A stretch of 64,000 bases of DNA from Treponemataceae bacterium (GCA_963678065.2 CAXXVZ010000005.1:832001-896000), one strand, 5' to 3'. Counted from the first letter of the stretch, positions 43,558 through 55,097 are shown. Program-made: numbers and translations. The notes: a model not told the origin generated them from the letters alone.

Positions 43558-43968
43558 TTATCCTCTATATACCTTTATCTTCCCATGTTTTTCCATATTT
43601 TCAAAATCACTATCGTTATGCAGTACTGGTACTTTGGCCATATTTGCATACGTAGCTATTAGGCAATCATATGGTTTTCGTATCGTTACGCCTTTTTTTC
43701 TCAATCCTCTATACAGATCTATTGCATTTTTTGTCACTTCAAGAATATCAAAATCCAACATATGATAACTTTCCATAATCTCTTTCATATCTTTATACAC
43801 TTTTTCTTCTCGTATACCCTGTAAGATCTCTTGATATATTATAGGACATAGAATTATTTTCTGATTATTGAGTAACAGATCATGCAGCATATCTACTTCA
43901 GGTAGTGCTTCTTTAGTTTCACCAAAATATTCTATCCAGACTGACGTATCGACTACTACTCCTGTCAT
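43558..43968 (-). CDS. vapC: PIN-domain toxin (VapC)
   Basis: VVVDTSVWIEYF, QEILQG, DCLIA, LHNDSDF. Confidence 0.9.
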   Translation of the reverse strand: MTGVVVDTSVWIEYFGETKEALPEVDMLHDLLLNNQKIILCPIIYQEILQGIREEKVYKDMKEIMESYHMLDFDILEVTKNAIDLYRGLRKKGVTIRKPYDCLIATYANMAKVPVLHNDSDFENMEKHGKIKVYRG

Positions 43969-44159
43969 CTCATTGTTCTCATTTCTTCAAGATTTCCTTC
44001 CCAAATATTTTTTCCTCGATACTTTATTATTCTTTTCCGAGTATATGCCCGAATATATTCTTCAAGAGCCAGGTTGATAATAGCTTTTTTTGTTGTCACG
44101 CCACTAAGGTCCATAGCTTCCTTAACGAGAGTATCATCAAGTTCAATATTGGTTCTCAT
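43965..44159 (-). CDS. vapB: VapB-type antitoxin
   Basis: MRTNIELDDTLVKEAM...TKKAIINLALEEYI; GGAGG RBS. Confidence 0.85.
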   Translation of the reverse strand: MRTNIELDDTLVKEAMDLSGVTTKKAIINLALEEYIRAYTRKRIIKYRGKNIWEGNLEEMRTMR

Positions 44160-44440
44160 ACTAATCCTCCATACACATTTTATATATAATACATACACAT
44201 ACATGAGTCAAGACTTTAGTAAGTACATTTACAGGATAACACTATATTCAATCTGATCTCGCGCAGCAATATTGCCGCTAACGTTTGCCTGCCTACGACG
44301 TTGTGGCGAGCATCGGCGAGCCACAATGTGCCTGAGCGGAATGAGCGACAGCGAGTGAAGCGATGGCCGAAGAAGGAGCCGCAGGCGACTGATGAGCGTG
44401 GGCAGCGCTGTTAGGCGCAGTTCGAAAACATATTTTCAGA

Positions 44441-45292
44441 TTAATTGATTTCTATTTCAGCATTTATCCTATCAATTTCATATCTAATTAATTTAATATC
44501 GTCTTCTATTTTTGATATTTCAAAATCTTTTGGTATATTATAATTATTTTTATTATCAATAAGAGATGTTGTTAACAATATACTTTTAATCATTCTTGTT
44601 TTCATTTTGTTAATTATCTTTTCATATTCCATACTATCTATAATAATAAAATACTCAATAACCGAATTAACTTCTTTATACCATTTATCGAATTTTTTGC
44701 GTTCAAATTCAATAATATCATCAAAATCTTTAGTTGATATATATTTGAGATCAATTTTAGTACATACAATTTCACAATCAATCCTAAAGCGTAAGAAATC
44801 TAGTTCAATGTTTTTTTGAATTAATGTTTTAGTGTTTATATTCAATTTTATCAACAAATCATATATTTTATTTGACAATGAATCATCACCAATATCTTTA
44901 TAGTATTTTTTTATTGCTCTGCATCTCAATATTTCTTCTCTTGTTTGTTTCCACAATATGTTAGCTTTATTTAATAATGTATTGTAATTATTTTTGGGGG
45001 AATAATAGTATTTTTTTCTAGTATCTTCAGAATATTCAACGTTTTTATAAACGTATCCACAAAAATCACAACATTGTTGATTGTCATTTAAAAATGAAAA
45101 GCAAACTTTACATACTTTTATTTTAATATTATTTGGTATATACTTTTCAACTGTAATAGTTGGTATTGGCAGTTTTTCATTGCTTTTAATATTGATAGAA
45201 TCAGTCTTATTTATCCAGTATTTTATAAATGAATATATAATTATTAATATAGTTATAAAAGCAACCATTTTATTCATACTCCTGGTTTTCAT
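44441..45292 (-). CDS. Hypothetical protein (N-terminal TM, zinc ribbon)
   Basis: Hydrophobic N-terminus; CKVC...CDFCG. Confidence 0.65.
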   Translation of the reverse strand: MKTRSMNKMVAFITILIIIYSFIKYWINKTDSINIKSNEKLPIPTITVEKYIPNNIKIKVCKVCFSFLNDNQQCCDFCGYVYKNVEYSEDTRKKYYYSPKNNYNTLLNKANILWKQTREEILRCRAIKKYYKDIGDDSLSNKIYDLLIKLNINTKTLIQKNIELDFLRFRIDCEIVCTKIDLKYISTKDFDDIIEFERKKFDKWYKEVNSVIEYFIIIDSMEYEKIINKMKTRMIKSILLTTSLIDNKNNYNIPKDFEISKIEDDIKLIRYEIDRINAEIEIN

Positions 45293-45755
45293 GTTTTCGT
45301 ATTGCGCCTAACGTTTTGCCTGTTTGCGACGATGGCGCGAGCATCGGCGAGCGCCATTGTGCCTGAGCGGAATGAGCGCATGCGAGTGCAGCGAGGGCCG
45401 AAGAGGGAGCTTGCGACCGATGAGCGTGAACAGCGCTGTTAGTTGCAGTCGTGACCTTCGAGCGCGCTTGGATGGGGAGACTTGTCTCCTCATCCAATGC
45501 TATATCTTGCGCGCGTTCTTCTCTTCCTCTTCTCTTAACCCTTATTTTTTTTTCACGATTGCAACTAACGTTTGCCTGCCTACGACGTTGTGGCGAGCAT
45601 CGGCGAGCCACAATGTGCCTGAGCGCAATGAGCGATAGCGAGTGAAGCGAATGGCCGAAGAAGGAGCCGCAGGCGACTGATGAGCGTGGGCAGCGCTGTT
45701 AGGCGACGTGTTGTTTTGCGTCTTTTTAACTATTGTACAAATTTCATTTTTCTTA

Positions 45756-46817
45756 TTAATTTGAAGCAGTTGTTATGTTTCTATTTTTTTGCATAAATAA
45801 TTTTTCAACATTTTTCAATATCATCATTGGTAATTCTTTTATTAAAATATAATCATCTTTATTGTTCATAATGTAATCATCGTACATCATCATGTTTCTA
45901 TTATTCATTAATAATTCTTTAAATAAATAATAAACTTCTTTTGAATCTGTATCCGAATTATCATCGCAACTGTTAACTAAGTAATTACCTTCTTCATATA
46001 CCCACGGTAAAACTTCTTTATAAAAACTTAATCCTATCCTAATGCTTAATCTAGGATTTTCATTCATATGCATCATTTCTTCAATCATTCCAGGATGCAT
46101 TCGCCGTCTTCTCATTTTATTCTCATTATATGATATTTTATCTAACCTTGATGGAAGATCTTTGAACATTATTTTTATTTCTTCAAATAATTTTACAGAG
46201 GTATTTTCAATATCATTAACAACCATGTCCGTGGTTGTGGTTTTTGTTTTGCTTGTTGAGTCTAGTTTTTTAAGTATTTCTTGTATACTTGTCTTAAATT
46301 TTCCTACTTGGAATTTTATTGTGTCTTTATCAGGTTCAGAATTTGGGATTCTATTAACTAATTGAAAAACAAGTTTTGTTAATGAATCCTCATCATCAGC
46401 GCAGTTTTGAAACTGTGCGAATGGACCCGATGAAACATCTTTTAATTCAACACCCAGTGCAACCCCAAGAATTGGGGTGTCCAGCTTTCCTTTTGCCATA
46501 CCTGCTTCAAATAGTAGCCATGGTCTATCAATACTTCGTTTAGTTAATAAACATACCACATCTGAAGCACATTGAATGTTTTTTATAATTTCCGGATACC
46601 ATTCAATCCCATATTCAATTCCTTGATTTCCCTTTTTATCAGATGAGCGAAATGATTTTAAAACCCCAGCACTAACACTCTTTAATAGAGCACTAAAAGC
46701 TTCAGCTAATTCTGCATCTCTAGTGTCATGACTAATAAAAACTAAAGGATTAGTAGCTTTTGTCGTTGCAACTTCTTTTTCTTCATTACCCACAACATAC
46801 CCCTTGTTATTATTCAA
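45756..46817 (-). CDS. TIR-domain protein
   Basis: LVFISHDTRD, CLLTKRSIDRPWLLFEAGMAKG. Confidence 0.8.
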   Translation of the reverse strand: MNNNKGYVVGNEEKEVATTKATNPLVFISHDTRDAELAEAFSALLKSVSAGVLKSFRSSDKKGNQGIEYGIEWYPEIIKNIQCASDVVCLLTKRSIDRPWLLFEAGMAKGKLDTPILGVALGVELKDVSSGPFAQFQNCADDEDSLTKLVFQLVNRIPNSEPDKDTIKFQVGKFKTSIQEILKKLDSTSKTKTTTTDMVVNDIENTSVKLFEEIKIMFKDLPSRLDKISYNENKMRRRRMHPGMIEEMMHMNENPRLSIRIGLSFYKEVLPWVYEEGNYLVNSCDDNSDTDSKEVYYLFKELLMNNRNMMMYDDYIMNNKDDYILIKELPMMILKNVEKLFMQKNRNITTASN

Positions 46818-47122
46818 TCTTCGACTGCCGAAGGTGTAAACCTAACGGTATTTATCTTGATACAGATAAACTGATTTATAAAATATTTAATAAAATAGAA
46901 AAACATGAAAGTTTCATTCAACCCGTCAGATATTAATTTTACAAAGACCTCGCAAAACAATATGTCGCCTAACGTTTGCCTGCCTACGACGTTGTGGCGA
47001 GCATTGGCGAGCCACAATGTGCCTGAGCGGAATGAGCGTATGCGAGTGAAGCGAAGGCCGAAGAAGGAGCCGACAGGCGACTGATGAGCGTGGGCAGCGC
47101 TGTTAGCTGATGTTGCGCCTCT

Positions 47123-47521
47123 TCAATTCTTTTGATCCATCTTTTCCGTTATATCTTCATGTACTCTCTCGATATGCCTACCAAGGTTACTTAGTGTGAT
47201 TACCTTCTCATCTTTTGTCACTATTCGTAGTACTTTCCCTATCCTTTCAACATTTTTTATGTCTCTATACCGAATTGTATCTGGATCGTAATACCCTTCT
47301 TTTGATGCATGAATGTGTATCTTTTCAGGATCCGATGCATAGAGTAGACTATGTTTCTTCATATGAGCATATGCTAAATAGCTCATAATCAGAACAATAC
47401 CCTCCATTCCCATCGAATACGCCCATGTCATCCGTTGTAGAATGAGTTGCCCTATTGGCATGATTGATAGCACAAAACAGCGCGCAAGTGATTCTGCCAT
47501 GTAATGCGTTCGTATCTCCAT
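47123..47521 (-). CDS. Hypothetical membrane protein
   Basis: GGAG RBS; two hydrophobic segments. Confidence 0.6.
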   Translation of the reverse strand: MEIRTHYMAESLARCFVLSIMPIGQLILQRMTWAYSMGMEGIVLIMSYLAYAHMKKHSLLYASDPEKIHIHASKEGYYDPDTIRYRDIKNVERIGKVLRIVTKDEKVITLSNLGRHIERVHEDITEKMDQKN

Positions 47522-47558
47522 CAGCGCTCCACACATCTATTGGTTTTGAATACTGCGT

Positions 47559-48041
47559 TTATACTTCCGCAAATGCTACTATGTAATTGTGTCCATATTT
47601 CTTTGCACACTTCGGGCATGTTGTGTAGTAAAAATAATACTTTTTTGCAGCCTTTCCATTTCTCCTTACGTACTGCTCCATCTCTTCCATATACTTTGGT
47701 ACATTTTGATATGGTCCGTCGAACACCTTACTCATGTACGTTCCTGTCATTTTCACGACTGCTGCTTCGGTATGTTCCTTTGTAACAGACATGTATAGCT
47801 CTGATTTCCATGGGGTAGGATCATATGCCAATAGAAGAAAGTCTTTCATATCGGGTGCGATAGCAAGTTTTTGTGCCTTTTCCCACATACGAGTAATTGC
47901 TTTATTCAGTACTCCGGGAAGCGGCATATGGAATAGTTGGGGTATTGTTTCAGTAAGAAATAGTTTATCGTTCCATTCATGCGTTACTTCGTTCCACGGT
48001 TTTGGATCAAATACGGGGCAGCACTCTTTTTCTTCTGACAT
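47559..48041 (-). CDS. Hypothetical protein, GyrI-like
   Basis: ECCPVFDPKPW, SKVFDGPY, YYTTCPKCAKKYGHNY. Confidence 0.65.
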   Translation of the reverse strand: MSEEKECCPVFDPKPWNEVTHEWNDKLFLTETIPQLFHMPLPGVLNKAITRMWEKAQKLAIAPDMKDFLLLAYDPTPWKSELYMSVTKEHTEAAVVKMTGTYMSKVFDGPYQNVPKYMEEMEQYVRRNGKAAKKYYFYYTTCPKCAKKYGHNYIVAFAEV

Positions 48042-48503
48042 AGTATCTTCCCTCCTATAACTGCATTCTCTATTCTCTAGCATAGTCCCTTTCTTTTCTT
48101 GGCGCAATTTCAGCTAACGTTCTGCCTGTTTGCGACGATGGCGTGAGCATCGGCGAGCGCCATTGTGCCTGAGCGGAATGAGCGCATGCGAGTGCAGCGA
48201 ATGGCCGAAGAGGGAGCCTGCGACCGATGAGCGTGAACAGCGCTGTTAGTTGCAGTCGTGACCTTCGAGCGCGCTTGGATGGGGAGACTTGTCTCCTCAT
48301 CCAATACTCTATCTTGCGCGCGTTCTTCTCTTCCTCTTCTCTTACCCTTATTTTTCTCTTTCACGATTGCAACTAACGTTTCCGGCCTGCGACGTTTTGG
48401 CCCGCATCGGCGGGACAAAATGTGTCTGAATGGAACGAGCGTATGCGAGTGGAATGAAGGCCGAAGAAGGAGCCAAAGGCGACTGATGAGCGTGGGCCGC
48501 GGT

Positions 48504-49039
48504 GTTATCTGCTTTGTTTTTGGGGCTCATCCATTTTCTTCTCTTCATTTAAAAACTTTTCTTTCTTACTTCTTCAATCTTGCCCTTATATCCTATATTT
48601 ATATACTTTATACAGATATCGAATATTTTAATTATCTATATTATAGTTATTTAGTAGTTTTTCTCATCAAATATTTTATTATTATATTTTAAGTCCATGA
48701 TTTTATGTAACAAGTATATATTACAGTATTAGCCAATACTATAAATTTCAATATTTATAATTTTCACCCAACAAAAAGATCAGCTTTGAAAGGTCCTTGT
48801 CTTCTCCTGGAATCCCATATTCAAGAATCCCATATTCAAGAATCCCATATTCAAGAATCCCATATTCAAGATTTTTAACTTCATGATCCCTAACATTTCA
48901 GAAACTATATATTTTCCCAAGAGATTAATACTGTATTAACAAAATATCTGGAATCTATGATTCTAGTTTTTAACAATTTGTCGTCATTCAGAATAACAAG
49001 GTTCAACAAAAGATCCGCCCCAAAAATATTGCAGATAAC
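48504..49039. other. Long ORF-less cassette (divergent family L)
   Basis: Right end gtcattcagaat..agatccgccccaaaaa shared with family L. Confidence 0.65.
48810..48869. repeat. 15-bp tandem repeat x4
   Basis: (GAATCCCATATTCAA)4, perfect. Confidence 0.95.
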
Positions 49040-49424
49040 GTTTCCGGCCTGCGACGTTTTGTCCCGCATCGGCGGGACAAAATGTGCCTGAATGAAACGA
49101 GCGCATGCGAGTGCAATGAAGGCCGAAGAAGGAGCCACAGGCGACTGATGAGCGTGGGCAGTGCTGTTAGTTGCAGTCGTGACCTTCAAGCGCGCTTGGA
49201 TGGGGAGACTTGTCTCTCCATCCAATACTCTATCTTGCGCGCGTTCTTCTCTTCCTCTTTTCTTACCCTTATTTTTTCTTTCACGATTGCAACTAACGTA
49301 TGCCTGCCTACGACGTTTTGGCCCGCATCGGCGGGACAAAATGTGCTTGAGCGAAACGAGCGAATGCGAGTGAAGTGAAAGCCGAAGAAGGAGCCGAAGG
49401 CGACTGATGAGCGTGGGCAGCGCT

Positions 49425-49562
49425 GTTATATGCTGTCGCGATCTTGGTTTAGCGCACTGAAAGATGGTGGCTGGATGCCACCATTTTTCAAGGAACATCC
49501 TGTGCGCGTTCTTTCTTTATCTCCTCTTCACTTTAGATACATTCCTCGCGATTGCATATAAC
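49425..49562. other. ORF-less mini-cassette type II, copy 2
   Basis: Homolog of 9252-9389 with compensatory changes. Confidence 0.8.
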
Positions 49563-50373
49563 GTTCTGCCTGTTTGCGACGATGGCGCGAGCATCGGCGA
49601 GCGCCATTGTGCCTGAGCGGAATGAGCAAAGCGAGTGCAGCGATGGCCGAAGAGGGAGCCTGCGACCGATGAGCGTGAACAGCGCTGTTAGTTGCAGTCG
49701 TGACCTTCGAGCGCGCTTGGATGGGGAGACTTGTCTCCCCATCCAATACTATATCTTGCGCGCGTTCTTCTCTTCCTCTTCTCTTACCCTTATTTTTTCT
49801 TTCACGATTGCAACTAACGTATGCCTGCCTACGACGTTGTGGCGAGCATCGGCGAGCCACAATGTGCCTGAGCGGAATGAGCGCATGCGAGTGGAGTGAA
49901 GGCCGAAGAAGGAGCCGAAGGCGACTGATGAGCGTGGGCAGTGCTGTTAGGCGTAGTTATTTCCATCTTCATTCATTTATTCTACCCTATTCAATTCTCT
50001 TTTATCACGATTTTGAAATATTCTATCAGTGACAATACATCAGGTACAGAGAATACTGCCTTCTCTATTCTATTGTTCCTCGGATCTATTTCATATCCGT
50101 GGGCTTTATAAAATGATGCTTTTCGTAGATCTGCATTATGAAAAAGCGTTGTTCGGAAAAAGCTTCCTGTAAAGTCGGATTCAACAAGATAAGTATTCTG
50201 AAACGCACAATCTACTAGTTCACAGTGTACGAATTTACTTTTTTTCATTGATACATCAGTAAAGTTACAGGCAACTATCCTACATTCATCGAAATCCATA
50301 TCAAATGTTGTTTGATCACAATAGTAATAGTTTATACCTAATACTTTACTTTTAACAAACCTTACCCCTATAA

Positions 50374-52100
50374 CCTGGATTCCCGGGAATTTATACCCAC
50401 AATTCAATAAAGCATTGTAATTACAGTAAATAATTGGTGACAGCAATCTAAATGGGGTATAATATATACCCCATGGAGGATTGTATGCCACAAGGAACAC
50501 AAGTCATCCATGGTGTTGAATATGTTTACGAATATGATTCAAAGCGAATCGCTGAAAAGAACTACAACACGCACAAAAGACACTACATCGGGAAAATGGT
50601 AGATGGTATCTTTGTTCCCACTAAAAACTACCAACTTCAGCAAGCACTCGAGCGGGCAACGTCAATTTCTCCTGGCCCTGTTTCTTCGGTGCTTCATACC
50701 CGAAACTTTTTCGGAGCAACCTATCTGTTTGATGCAATCGGAGAAAAGCTGGGGATAACTGGTGATCTCTGTGTTTGTTTTCCTGATCTCTGGAAACAGA
50801 TACTCTCTATTGCATACTTTTTGATTCTGGAAGACAGGAACTCCATAAGCCGTTTCCCGCGATGGGCTGTACATCATGCGCACCCCTATGGGAACTCGAT
50901 ACCCTCCCAAAGGTCCAGCGAGTTATTCGCCTGTATTGATGAGGACGCCAGGCGACGGTTTTTTCTCAAGCAGGCAAATCGAAGACTCGAGACTGAATAT
51001 CTTGCCTACGATATCACTTCTATTTCTTCGTATTCTCGACTGCTTTCCCAGGTTCGCTATGGCAGGAATAAGGATCATGATCCTTTACCCCAAATCAATT
51101 TGGCGATGCTCTACGGTGATACTTCAAGACTACCGGTTTATTATCGTACATTGCCCGGTAACATCGCCGATGTCACGACGATTCGTACGCTCCTTACTGA
51201 CATTGATCTTCTCAAGCTGGGCAAAGTCAAGTTGGTTTTGGATCGAGGGTTCTACAGCGAAGAGAATATCAACACCCTGTACCATCATCACTATAAGTTC
51301 CTGATAGCAGTTCCAAAGCACTTACGGTTGATTCAGGATGTCCTTGATGATGTTCGAATGTCTATGCGCACGAGAGCCTGTTACTCAAGCCGGTACAGGA
51401 TCAATACATACTCACGGACTATCGAATGGTCATACCATCATCGAAAACCTCGTTCAGGGGATCTGGATGAAGGATCAAGGAGGCTGTATCTCCATCTGTT
51501 CTTCAATGACCAACGGGCAGTGGATGATAAGGCTGCGTTCAATACCCTTTTAGACACGCTTGAAACGGAACTGTATTCCGGAAAACTTGATCCTGAACAT
51601 GAAAAGCTCTATCGGAAATATTTCGAGTACGCTGCAACGCCTGTTCGCGGCATGCAGGTAACACCAATTCAATCTTCAATCGACGAAGCTGAAAAAAACT
51701 ACGGCTATTTTGCTCTCATATCGAATGACATAAAGGATCCTTTGGAAGCGCTTAGAATTTATCGATCTAAGGATCTGATTGAAAAGGCTTTCGGAAATCT
51801 CAAAGAGCGGCTTAACCTGCGCAGAACATCGGTGTCTTCAGAAGAAAACCTCGAGGGCAAGCTCTTTGTCCAATTCATCGCGCTTATGTATCTCTCATAC
51901 ATCGATAAGATGATGGATGAACAGAATCTATATAAGGACTATACGTTACACGAACTTCTTGATGAACTCGATGTGATTGAATGTTTTGGCCATCCTGGTC
52001 GTAGACTTCAAATCGGTGAAATCACTAAGAAACAAACTGAGCTATTTACGAAGTTAGACGTTCCCGTTCCTCTTGGGGTATAAATTCATGGGAATTCAGG
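50374..52100 (+). mobile_element. IS1634-family IS
   Basis: IRs cctggattcccgggaatttataccc / gggtataaattcatgggaattcagg; 6-bp duplication ctataa. Confidence 0.9.
50485..52083 (+). CDS. IS1634 transposase
   Basis: AYDITSISSYS, LPQINL, PGNIADV, LDRGFYS, IEKAFGNLKERL; GGAGG RBS. Confidence 0.9.
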   Translation: MPQGTQVIHGVEYVYEYDSKRIAEKNYNTHKRHYIGKMVDGIFVPTKNYQLQQALERATSISPGPVSSVLHTRNFFGATYLFDAIGEKLGITGDLCVCFPDLWKQILSIAYFLILEDRNSISRFPRWAVHHAHPYGNSIPSQRSSELFACIDEDARRRFFLKQANRRLETEYLAYDITSISSYSRLLSQVRYGRNKDHDPLPQINLAMLYGDTSRLPVYYRTLPGNIADVTTIRTLLTDIDLLKLGKVKLVLDRGFYSEENINTLYHHHYKFLIAVPKHLRLIQDVLDDVRMSMRTRACYSSRYRINTYSRTIEWSYHHRKPRSGDLDEGSRRLYLHLFFNDQRAVDDKAAFNTLLDTLETELYSGKLDPEHEKLYRKYFEYAATPVRGMQVTPIQSSIDEAEKNYGYFALISNDIKDPLEALRIYRSKDLIEKAFGNLKERLNLRRTSVSSEENLEGKLFVQFIALMYLSYIDKMMDEQNLYKDYTLHELLDELDVIECFGHPGRRLQIGEITKKQTELFTKLDVPVPLGV

Positions 52101-52566
52101 CTATAAATCGTGCCTTGTTGATTTTTGAATTACTGATGTTACACGTATCAAACACACAGTTTTCAAATTGACTTCCAATCAATATCGTTTCAGTGAAATT
52201 GCAGTCAATAAACTGGCATTCAGTAAATTCCTTATGTGCCAATTCTATACCGGTAAAATTGATACCTTTGAATTCTTTGCCTTCATAGTGAGATTCAAGA
52301 AACCCATTCATGATGGTTATAGTATCCTATTCATATACTCTACACTATAGATTCTCTGGAAATAATTACGCCTAACGTTTCCGGCCTACGACGTTTGCGA
52401 CCGCATCGGCGGGCGCAAATGTGCCTGAATGGAACGAGCGTATGCGAGTGAAATGAAGGCCGAAGAAGGAGCCAAAGGCGACTGATGAGCGTGGGCCGTG
52501 TTGTTATCTGATGTTTGAACGCGCTCTTCTCTTCCATCTTCCCATTTTTAAAACCTTTCTTTCTCT

Positions 52567-53148
52567 TCATTTCTTCATTTCAAATTTTTCAATTCCTATT
52601 TTCATTTCCTTATTTTTAACCCATTCTTCTTCCAAAATTCCAAATACCATATCGTCTTTCCATTCATTTTGTATCAAAATACTTTTTACAAAATATCCCT
52701 CATTTCTGAACCCAAGATCTTTCAATAATCGTATTGATGCTGTATTGTCTGGATCTACTGACGCAATAACCCTGTGTTTTTTCAAGGATGTAAATATATA
52801 GTCTATAATTGCTTGAACGGATTCTTTTCCAAATCCCTTATGGTGATCCTTTTGCCCTATTGTATACCCAATCTCACATTGTTGATTTTCTGGATCTATA
52901 AAATGAATCCCACTATCTCCAATAATTGTATCTTCATAATAGATCCCGATCTGAAACCATGTATTCACAACATTGAAGAAAAGTGTGTTATTTTTAATGA
53001 ATGATTCCACATCATTGATGGATGTAGGTTTGAAGGACTGAAACTCCATACTTGAAGGATCAGATCGGTATTCAAACATTTTCAAAGAATCTTCCAGAAC
53101 TATATCTTTCAAAACCAAACGGTTTGTCAGAATGTTAATATAGCCCAT
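52567..53148 (-). CDS. GNAT acetyltransferase (RimL type)
   Basis: CEIGYTI...HHKGFGKE, HRVIASVDPDNTASIRLL. Confidence 0.88.
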   Translation of the reverse strand: MGYINILTNRLVLKDIVLEDSLKMFEYRSDPSSMEFQSFKPTSINDVESFIKNNTLFFNVVNTWFQIGIYYEDTIIGDSGIHFIDPENQQCEIGYTIGQKDHHKGFGKESVQAIIDYIFTSLKKHRVIASVDPDNTASIRLLKDLGFRNEGYFVKSILIQNEWKDDMVFGILEEEWVKNKEMKIGIEKFEMKK

Positions 53149-53632
53149 TGTTTTTTCCCTGATCTCGCGCGTTCAAATTTCAGATAACGTTCGCCTGCCT
53201 ACGACGTTGTGGCGAGCATCGGCGAGCCACAATGTGCCTGAATGGAACGAGCGCATGCGAGTGGAGTGAAGGCCGAAGAAGGAGCCGACAGGCGACTGAT
53301 GAGCGTGGGCAGTGCTGTTAGCTGCTGTTGCGTACCCTCTTCGCCTGAACCAAGGACGGCGAAGGCGATTCATACTATGTATCAGAATCTTACCATATTC
53401 CAATCTATCATTCTTTTCTCTAAATTTTCATTTTCTTTATTTGCTTCTATTTCTAATATAGAGCTTGAACACTTATCTGCAGATAACATTACTTATGTAT
53501 CTTTCCATCAATCATTTTTGATATTTCGACATTTGTATTCCAACGACCATTTCTCATCGTTATTGATTTTGCAGATATCTGATGTCCATTATACTCCATC
53601 GTTCTATCAACTCTTAATGCAGTATTTAAATA

Positions 53633-54067
53633 CTACTTCAATGTGTTTGTCTTTTTATAATAGATTATCTCAGGATCATTATAGTCAAGATTATTTATAA
53701 CACCGGATTCAACATAACCATTTTTGTGTAGCATCATTTTCATTGGATAATTACTAGAATTCGTTGAAGTAAATACTTCTCCAGTATTTTCAAATGACTC
53801 AAAATATTTGATTAGTTTATCTCCCAATCCTTTCCTTTGATGATCCTTATGAATAATCAATTGATTAATAAATCTCTTTCCAAAGAAATGAGTAGAAAAT
53901 ATAAGAAATCCTTGAATCTTTTCATTTTCAAGAATAACTAAACATTGTTTGCTATTAATGGATTCTAAAATATCACTTCGCCCATTGAATGAACCAATAA
54001 CAGAATAATCAACATCACAAATTTCTGAGATATCTTCATTTTGGGCTAGTTTTATGACATATTCCAC
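53633..54067 (-). CDS. GNAT acetyltransferase
   Basis: IHKDHQRKGLG, VFTSTNSSNYPM, DPEIIYYK; probable GTG start. Confidence 0.8.
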   Translation of the reverse strand: MEYVIKLAQNEDISEICDVDYSVIGSFNGRSDILESINSKQCLVILENEKIQGFLIFSTHFFGKRFINQLIIHKDHQRKGLGDKLIKYFESFENTGEVFTSTNSSNYPMKMMLHKNGYVESGVINNLDYNDPEIIYYKKTNTLK

Positions 54068-54265
54068 ACCAATTCCTTTATTGTTGTGCGCCAGAACGTG
54101 TGCGTTTTGGGCAGTTGGGTACGCAATAGCAGCTAACGTTCGCCTGCCTACGACGTTGTGGCGAGCATCGGCGAGCCACAATGTGCCTGAATGGAGCGAG
54201 CGCATGCGAGTGCAATGAAGGCCGAAGAAGGAGCCGATAGGCGACTGATGAGCGTGGGCAGTGCT

Positions 54266-54896
54266 GTTATGTGCTGTGTTTTTGGGGCACACCCTGTGTC
54301 TTCTCTTCATTTCTATAATTCTTATTCCTTGGTTCTTTACTCTTAACCCTTTGTCTTTGCTTTTCAATACTTTATTCTAATACATAAGTATTTTATTTCT
54401 CTATACCATAGCTATTTATATACTTTGACCTTGCCTCTTTTATCGTATCCTGTTACCTATATATTTTATCCCTAACTTTATATTTATGGTTCGACTATTA
54501 TAGTTCAGTACACGTTTTTCGATGTTTCCAATTCAAAAATCTATCATTTTTACTCATAAACCATATAGTACATAATACCACTCAATATTTTTCTCTACTT
54601 CAAAATCACTTTTTTTGGATTCACCTATTTCATGGGACATATCTTATGAGAAAAATAGCAGCACCTTCGAAAAGCGTTTTGAACTCTATGATTATCCCAT
54701 ACTCAAGAATAGTATCTTTTATCTATACCATTTTTTGTACTGCACATACCAACAACACTGAATATGGCACTGATCCACAATTACTACAGGATTGTTCATA
54801 AACCCAATATCAAGAGATTCTATTTTTAAATACTATGATGTCATTCAGAATCATACAGTTCAGTAAGAGATCCGCCCCAAAAACATTGCACATAAC
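54266..54896. other. Long ORF-less cassette (family L)
   Basis: Homologous to 2736-3348 and 9517-10141. Confidence 0.75.
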
Positions 54897-55097
54897 GTTC
54901 GCCTGCCTACGACGTTGTGGCGAGCATCGGCGAGCCACAATGTGCCTGAGCGGAATGAGCGCATGCGAGTGCAGCGATGGCCGAAGAAGGAGCCGACAGG
55001 CGACTGATGAGCGTGGGCAGTGCTGTTAGCTGATGGTTTGCCCCCCATCTATATCTTTTCTTTTCCCTCTTCACCTTATTCATTGTTCTTCACTATC

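Larger units (their letters stand above)
49991..52311 (-). pseudogene. Pentapeptide-repeat protein split by IS1634
   Basis: EFTECQFIDCNF...KARFI | GVRFVKSKVLG...ADLRKASF rejoins in frame. Confidence 0.88.
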
